A DNA stretch of 64,000 bases from a virus. The stretch is from positions 3,256-67,255 of IMG/VR virus record IMGVR_UViG_3300002461_000777, one strand, 5' to 3'. Below the pieces are notes generated by a model, which was not told the DNA's origin, ran no database searches, and was given only the letters and a program-made list of their open reading frames with translations. How positions within the stretch are numbered: position 1 is the stretch's first letter; each line of letters starts with the position of its first letter. The translations under genes and the position numbers were made by a program. Shown in pieces: positions 57,972-64,000 of this stretch.

Positions 57972-58447
57972 TGTCTCTCCCAATTCAGCCCAAATTTTTT
58001 GGCCAGTGCTTCCCAAACAGCATCATTGGTGGATACATGAACACCCATATTCATATCCAATTGTATTTTTTCTTTATTATCGACCAACCATTTAAGACCA
58101 ACTGAGAAAAGCCCTCTTTTTTGCCAGCTTTTGGGTATTTCTGAATCACCGATATGAATATGGGTCCCAATGAATTTCCCGTCATCATCGAATCTTGGAA
58201 CTAAAACAATCGACAAGAAAACTTGTCCTTGAGATGTTAAACTATTCACCGTTATAATAGCTCTATACCACTCACTATGCCAATAATACCTAGATTTCGA
58301 TGGACCCTTGGTAAATGGTTCTGCATCAGGATCAATTTCCTTAATTTTTACCCACCACGCCTCATAAAGACCTTTGGCACCAAACATCAAAAGATCTTTA
58401 TATGGAGTTTCGTCCGCTGATTCTTGAAGGAATTGAGCAAGAGTCAT
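57968..58447 (-). CDS. GNAT-like protein, capsid-targeted
   Basis: MTLAQFLQE-S; IP..WQKRGLF motif A-like. Confidence 0.55.
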   Translation of the reverse strand: MTLAQFLQESADETPYKDLLMFGAKGLYEAWWVKIKEIDPDAEPFTKGPSKSRYYWHSEWYRAIITVNSLTSQGQVFLSIVLVPRFDDDGKFIGTHIHIGDSEIPKSWQKRGLFSVGLKWLVDNKEKIQLDMNMGVHVSTNDAVWEALAKKFGLNWERQ

Positions 58448-58770
58448 TAACTAGCAGATTCCTTACTCATTTCTTTTTCAGCTGCATCAGCCATAACCAG
58501 CAGACCAGCAGCATATTTACGAGCTTCCATCGGTGTAAAAGAATCTTTAGGAACCTTAATAGGCTTATCACCACCGAATTGTGATTGGATTAGAGAGCCA
58601 CCTTTTTCAATGGGTTCGACATTCAAATATTGAGCCTGTTTAGTCTCATCGTCATTATGATAAGAACTATCAACCGCGATATTCTTGACCATATGTTTGA
58701 AGTCACTCAAATGAGTATCTAACCAAGAGGTAGATTCAACAGCTTCTTTTAAGAATTCAGCGAATTTCAT
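58447..58770 (-). CDS. putative capsid-targeted internal protein
   Basis: MKFAEFLKE-A. Confidence 0.7.
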   Translation of the reverse strand: MKFAEFLKEAVESTSWLDTHLSDFKHMVKNIAVDSSYHNDDETKQAQYLNVEPIEKGGSLIQSQFGGDKPIKVPKDSFTPMEARKYAAGLLVMADAAEKEMSKESAS

Positions 58771-59088
58771 TTACTTTGCCTTCTCTGCATCAAATTTCTT
58801 CAAATATGTTTTCACTTTTTGGAAACTATCAAAATCTCCACCATCTTTATCATTCTTACCAAAGACAAAGAAAGTTTCTGCCCCATTTCCAGCACGAAGG
58901 AACTCCACTGTTAACTTACGAGTAGGGTCGATATAACTATAATCAAATTCTTCGTTACCCTTGTTCCATTTTTTCTTTTCTTTAGTAAAACCGTTGTTTT
59001 TAAGCCATTCTGCTGCTTTCAATTCGGTCTTAGATCTAGTCTCTTTGGTTTTATCAACAGCTTCGCTCAAGAATTCTTTGAATGTCAT
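58771..59088 (-). CDS. putative capsid-targeted internal protein
   Basis: MTFKEFLSE-A; TAAATA at 59097-59102. Confidence 0.7.
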   Translation of the reverse strand: MTFKEFLSEAVDKTKETRSKTELKAAEWLKNNGFTKEKKKWNKGNEEFDYSYIDPTRKLTVEFLRAGNGAETFFVFGKNDKDGGDFDSFQKVKTYLKKFDAEKAK

Positions 59089-59118
59089 TTCGAAAGTATT
59101 TATCCTTGTTTATACTCG

Positions 59119-59149
59119 AAACCCCGATTCCTTTCGAAACCGGGGTTTG
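59119..59149 (-). terminator. terminator of tmRNA
   Basis: AAACCCCG...CGGGGTTT hairpin. Confidence 0.8.
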
Positions 59150-59716
59150 AGCTTCAGATTCCGTTCACAGGTTCTTTAAGACCCGGCAAGGCTAAGCAGC
59201 CATTGCAAGCTGACCATAGTTAGTGGCAGTTATAGTTTTACGCTATTCATTGTGACTATCAAATTCAACAACCACAACCAAGTAGTCGTCTACTTGTAGA
59301 CATTCCCCTTACCCTAATAACTTCCGATCGAAACCATGACGCCCCCACCAAACCACTCAGCAAAATCTTTGCTTTTGTAATCAACGCTGCTAACATTCTT
59401 TCATGACTTATGAGGTCAATGAATGCAGACACCGTACTAGAAATGATGAGTCTCTAGTCCGTCTGAGTGGTTTGGTGGAGGCGGTGGGAGTCGAACCCAC
59501 GTCTCAAAAGCTTTACTCTCAGGCTCTGAGATTAATTCACACCGTCCTCTAAATCCAACTTCCTGCAATCATATGGCCATATGATTGCTCAATAGCCAAT
59601 TTTTACTGGGACTTTAGTGGAGGATCGAACTCCTTTGAGGAAACCTAGATTTACTGATGATCCGGCCTTGAACCATCTAACCTAGTGACCCAGAGGACGG
59701 GATGAATTAATCTCGC
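59150..59716 (-). ncRNA. ssrA: two-piece (circularly permuted) tmRNA
   Basis: T-arm/acceptor GTGGGTTCGACTCCCACCGCCTCCACCA ends 59473, upstream of 5' end GGGGGCG at 59346; G3-U pair; resume motif ATAACT-GCC; tag ATNYGQLAMAA* at 59227-59192. Confidence 0.92.
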
Positions 59717-59838
59717 GTCTATTTCTATTTAACCACAAACTGTATAGCTATGTCAATATATTCTTGCGAGAGATTAGATTGAATAATACAAAAAGACCCC
59801 ACCGAAGCAGGGTCTGAATATTTTTAAAATCTGTTTGA

Positions 59839-60099
59839 TTAGGCGGGTGAGAAAACTGAAGAAACGCTAGTGTTTGCACCAGCTGTATCGGTCCATGTCA
59901 GTCCGCTTGCAACTGTAGCATTGGTAAATGCTCCAGCACCAGTCTTGGCATTGGCTAATGAAGAATAAGCCTTGATAGGCACCACAAGATTACTGCCAAC
60001 GACAGATAAACTGAGTTGGAACTGACCAGTGAAATCACCAGTCAAAGCAGAATATTGGGTACCAGTTAAGCCCAAATTTTGAATTACATATTTAAACAA
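59839..60099 (-). CDS. small probable virion protein
   Basis: TTG start with AAGGAG RBS and TAAATA upstream; Ala/Thr/Ser-rich. Confidence 0.6.
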   Translation of the reverse strand: MFKYVIQNLGLTGTQYSALTGDFTGQFQLSLSVVGSNLVVPIKAYSSLANAKTGAGAFTNATVASGLTWTDTAGANTSVSSVFSPA

Positions 60100-60136
60100 A
60101 TTGAATCTCCTTTCATGATTATTTATTCTGAGATAA

Positions 60137-60415
60137 TCATGAAATATTCAGGAAAGCCATCCACATAGGTTTTTCTTCTGCAAATCCAATCCCACCATGT
60201 TCAGGATCATTAAAGGTCCGTAAACCAGTCCTTGGTCTCCAATTAAGAGGTTGTTTAAAAATGCTGGATGCTAAATCTTTTGCACTTTCGATATCCTTTC
60301 GATATCCCATAACTGTCGGTTCTCCATCACCGATTAAGGCTAATGCCCAATCATCTCGCAAACTCTGATAAATCATTAACTTCATAGAAATATCTATGAA
60401 GATTCTCTCGCTCAT
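60137..60415 (-). CDS. hypothetical protein
   Basis: 92-aa ORF. Confidence 0.5.
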   Translation of the reverse strand: MSERIFIDISMKLMIYQSLRDDWALALIGDGEPTVMGYRKDIESAKDLASSIFKQPLNWRPRTGLRTFNDPEHGGIGFAEEKPMWMAFLNIS

Positions 60416-60429
60416 GTTATAATAACATT

Positions 60430-60666
60430 ATGAAAATCTTTCTAATCAAAACTGTCCTGATACTGATTCTGAGTATCATTTGTTTTCTGCCAACGGAGAT
60501 TTATTTGGTATTTCGTTGGATCGCAAGTCCTACAGGATTCTGGCAAGAATTCTTGATGGGAGTCACTGGTCTTTTTGTCTTGGGAGGAGTCCAACTCATG
60601 ATGGGAATTGTCTGGGTGTGTGGTATATTTGCGATTGTCGTTGAGAAACCACAAAGAACCATATAA
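60430..60666 (+). CDS. membrane protein
   Basis: Two TM segments; TATAAT 6 nt before ATG. Confidence 0.6.
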   Translation: MKIFLIKTVLILILSIICFLPTEIYLVFRWIASPTGFWQEFLMGVTGLFVLGGVQLMMGIVWVCGIFAIVVEKPQRTI

Positions 60667-60861
60667 ATGGACCCAAGAAATCCTGAACGCCCAATCACCA
60701 GTAATGGTGATAACTGGGTGATTTGTAAGAAATGTGGGCGGAGTGCCAACAAAATTAGATTAGTCCGTCACACAAAGGAATGTCCCTATGTCCAAGCCAA
60801 GATTGCTCAGCATCAAAATGAAGAAAGACTATCGATGTCTCCTCAAAGACCAGCAATTTGA
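60667..60861 (+). CDS. small zinc-binding protein
   Basis: CKKCG...HTKEC. Confidence 0.55.
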   Translation: MDPRNPERPITSNGDNWVICKKCGRSANKIRLVRHTKECPYVQAKIAQHQNEERLSMSPQRPAI

Positions 60862-61366
60862 TCTCTACCAAGGTATTAATGTTCTGGTTGGGGATCAAGG
60901 ATGCGGCAAATCATCTTTGTTAGATCTCATCGGTGCTGGTGGAAAGAAATCAGAATTTTACAGCCACCAAGTAGCATTCCCAATCAAAACTTATGCTTTC
61001 GACTTCGAGAAAGATAATCCGAGGATGAAAGAAGCACCTTACAATATCTCCAACGATGGTTTCAAAGCAATGATGGCTAACAGATGGTCATCTCATGGTG
61101 AATCTAATAAAGCTGTCATCAAAGCTCTGAAACAATTAGATTCTGAGGATTACTATCTGATAATAATGGACGAACCAGAAACTGGTCTCTCTGTACGATC
61201 CATCATTGAGTTAAAAAAATACTTGGTCAAGCTTGTCGCGAAGGACAGGAGTATTCTGATGGCAACACATAACGAAAGATTGATGGAATGCGCCGATCAT
61301 TTATTTTCAATGGAACACCGAAAAGCGATGACAGCGAAAGAATTTGTTGAATCACATGGAGGATAA
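60788..61366 (+). CDS. stand-alone ABC-family ATPase (COG3910-like)
   Basis: GDQGCGKS, SHGES signature, IIMDEPETGLS, ATHN. Confidence 0.85.
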   Translation: MSKPRLLSIKMKKDYRCLLKDQQFDLYQGINVLVGDQGCGKSSLLDLIGAGGKKSEFYSHQVAFPIKTYAFDFEKDNPRMKEAPYNISNDGFKAMMANRWSSHGESNKAVIKALKQLDSEDYYLIIMDEPETGLSVRSIIELKKYLVKLVAKDRSILMATHNERLMECADHLFSMEHRKAMTAKEFVESHGG

Positions 61367-61808
61367 AATGGAAGAAACTAGTTTCAAACATGGTTACATG
61401 ATAATTACACCGACCGATGGTGGAATTGCCGATGGTGGATACTGTGCCACAGGTGCTTTTGGTGGTCGTTTAGATGATGAACTTGACATCTCATATGGCA
61501 ACACTAACTATTACGAAAATGGTACTCACCCATCGCATTTTATCTTGCATGTCAGATTCATCAAATACAAAATAGAGCTTCGTTATGGTCCATCCATGAA
61601 AGAAGAATTCCTAAAAGCCTACAGATCGGCTACACGAGACGAAGAGATCCGGCAACTGGCTTGGAAATTGTTGAGAATCAATCTTGAAATTTCTATGGCC
61701 AAGATCCTCAATCATATTTGTGAAATCCAATATGAACATGGTAAAGTCGATGGCGCTAATATTCTTCGAAGACGATTCAATCAATTGATGACACCAGAAT
61801 ATGTGTAA
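61344..61808 (+). CDS. hypothetical protein
   Basis: GGAGG RBS before MEETSF. Confidence 0.6.
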   Translation: MLNHMEDKMEETSFKHGYMIITPTDGGIADGGYCATGAFGGRLDDELDISYGNTNYYENGTHPSHFILHVRFIKYKIELRYGPSMKEEFLKAYRSATRDEEIRQLAWKLLRINLEISMAKILNHICEIQYEHGKVDGANILRRRFNQLMTPEYV

Positions 61809-61960
61809 ATGTTTCCAAGATAGCCATTCTTATTGTGGAGAACCGGATGGAAACATTTCTGTTTGTGTTTGTTTTTCATTAGCCTGTGAGAGCAGATATA
61901 CGATAGTCCCGAGTTGAATAGATATCATTCCATGCCGTGAGTGTGGATTAGGAGAACCAA

Positions 61961-62329
61961 ATGAAAATATTTCTACTGATACCAGTAATGCTAACTTTAC
62001 TCTTGTCACAACAACCACAACCGAAGAAAGATGACTATGATCCCGATAAGTTGGGAAAGGGTGAAATAGCCTGTGGAAGAGTGACTTCCAAGAAATCAGC
62101 ACCTTGCAAGTGCATGGTGCACCGCATGGCCAAAAAGATGGCTCAGGCCGAAGCATGCCATTTGAAGCATGACAACATCAATCAAGCAATGGAATGCATA
62201 GCTAATATTCCACAATGTCCTGCGGTTGATGATGCCGAAACTTTCAATTATGATGGTAAGGGGAACTTGATGCCAGCACAATGCAGCCGATCTTGTACCA
62301 AAGCTAAATGTGAATGTTGCAAATCATGA
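61961..62329 (+). CDS. secreted Cys-rich protein
   Basis: Signal peptide plus 11 Cys; AGGAG RBS. Confidence 0.65.
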   Translation: MKIFLLIPVMLTLLLSQQPQPKKDDYDPDKLGKGEIACGRVTSKKSAPCKCMVHRMAKKMAQAEACHLKHDNINQAMECIANIPQCPAVDDAETFNYDGKGNLMPAQCSRSCTKAKCECCKS

Positions 62330-63753
62330 AGACATCAGACGAATTGGTTATCGAACATCTTGAAGATTTGATCAAGACCCTAAGGGATGACAACTGGTTA
62401 AAAACAGCACTGCGTGATAATTATGACCAGATTCCGAGTGGGGTGATGAAGAAAGTAATTGAAGCTATTGAAGCTAAAATGCGTAAAATAGGAAACCCGG
62501 ATAGTTCTCCACCTACCTGCGAAGAATGTGATCTCGAAATGCATGAATTCGAAGATCCCAACACAGGTGCTACGGGGTGGGGGTGCGATGGGTGTGGTTG
62601 GACCCATGATTCATAAGGATATTAAACCACCAAACACCAAAGAAGCTCGTAAGTTGATTGGTAAAGAAGTGAGAGTCACTCTCCGGAATTCCAAAAGAAT
62701 ATGCGGCCTGATTTATAATGTTGTGAATAGAGAAATGTACATCTTCGATGATTGGATCAAAATTAGTGATATCACTGAAATGAAAGAACTATGAAGATTC
62801 CTTTTGATCAATTGATGTATCTGTTCGCAAACAACAAATCTGCTGAGATCGATCGATATTTTTCATGCGAAAGCAAAACAACTTATTATTCTCCGCTGAC
62901 CGCCACACGACAAGCTTACCACCTAGAGACAACAAGGGTTAACGAATTCTTCGAGGTTTATCAGTGCCGATGGTGTGATTTTTACCACTTTGGGCATGTC
63001 AAAGATAGATCCCGGTTCTCATACAAATATAAAGGAGCAACACAACATGCCCATCCAGCAGACAAATTCCGACAAAGATGAATCCCATAGTACATCAGAC
63101 CTATTAAAGCGATACATCTATCCCATAACTCTGTCAGATGGTAGAGAAGTGGATTGGGGGGTCAATTTAAAACTCCATAAAGAGCTACAACGGATTATTG
63201 AATGGGCAAAATCTAAGGGAAATGAACAACAAGGAATTATGACATACAGATATACTTTCCGATATATGGAATCCAACACATATACAGGGTCTATTCAACT
63301 AGAGACTAATGATACACCTCAAGTTGTCTTTGATAGAATCCAGAAATCTGGACTCCAACTTTCTCCACATCACATAATCTTCCCGTCGATGATGGTGGAT
63401 ATGAGATGGGAAGAACTAATAGAGGCGAGATGACAATACATAATGTTTTGGAGTTTGTCAAAACCGCTGATGACTGGGAATTGGATACTATCAGAATATC
63501 ATTAAAGATTCGTAGATCGAACCTGAAGAAAGCCGATAATGCTAGGATAGCATCACTTCTTGCCGTGGGTCATACGGTGGAATTTCCTTATATGCAGATA
63601 GTCTACATTGGGAAAATTGAAAAAATAAATAATGCGACGGCTGATGTCAAAATCATCGAAAACAAAGAAATCCCCAGAGATGGAATAATTGCTAAGGTTG
63701 GTAATATCGTCAAGATTCCTCTAGCTAATCTTTCTATAGTCTACTTTTTGTAG
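62314..63753 (+). other. run of five small hypothetical genes
   Basis: 62326-62616 (CEEC..CDGC), about 62587-62794, 62791-63081 (CRWC..H), about 63047-63433, 63430-63753. Confidence 0.6.
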
Positions 63754-63992
63754 CCAAACAGCAAAGCATCAGTAATGCATTCAATAGCCTGTTCTTCTGC
63801 TAGGACAGGCTCTTTTGTTTCCATAGTAAGCGGATAAAAATGAAGGTGGAGTAATTCATGTACAATCAAACCTTCGTATGTCATGGGGAAGTCCGGATCG
63901 ATTTCGGCTTCAAAATCTTCGGCACACAACAATAACATCACAGCAGTCTTGCTATCAAGATCCGGTTCGATTCTGGCGACGGCTTCACCCAA
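63741..63992 (-). CDS. HExxH zincin-like protein, probably partial at window edge
   Basis: IVHELLHLH motif. Confidence 0.55.
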   Translation of the reverse strand: MGEAVARIEPDLDSKTAVMLLLCAEDFEAEIDPDFPMTYEGLIVHELLHLHFYPLTMETKEPVLAEEQAIECITDALLFGYKK

Positions 63993-64000
63993 CTCTGAAA

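Noticed and set aside
1-64000. Stop-codon reassignment
   Set aside because: Core genes are intact under the standard code and use TAA, TAG and TGA as stops

Overview
A 64-kb segment of a large T4-like (Tevenvirinae-type) myophage genome, AT-rich and with scrambled synteny. T4 core genes are recognisable: primase gp61, RNase H, baseplate hub/tail chaperone gp26 plus a gp51-like frame, gp29-like tape measure with a lytic domain, portal gp20, gp67, protease gp21, scaffold gp22 and capsid gp23. They lie mostly on the minus strand behind TAAATA late promoters and alternate with plus-strand accessory islands driven by sigma70-like -10 boxes placed exactly 6 nt before start codons (leaderless-type). 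Accessory functions include ThyX, NADAR, AlkB, a Clp-type ATPase, phosphoesterases, an ABC/OmpA operon, a foreign P22-type coat protein, PTH2-like and Rmf-like proteins, tRNA-Thr and a two-piece permuted tmRNA. Four observations stand out. (1) At least 15 genes share an N-terminal M-x-F-x-x-F-L-x-E tag matching the gp23 cleavage site, suggesting a capsid-packaged effector arsenal (ART, GNATs, Cys-His-Asp enzyme, protease-cut polyproteins). (2) A canonical -1 frameshift signal with pseudoknot joins gp26 to a start-less gp51 frame. (3) A roughly 430-nt highly structured ncRNA with its own promoter and terminator looks like a circularly permuted ROOL-type RNA. (4) The tmRNA is permuted and carries an extra structured domain. 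Family assignments come from motif recognition by eye; no database searches were run.
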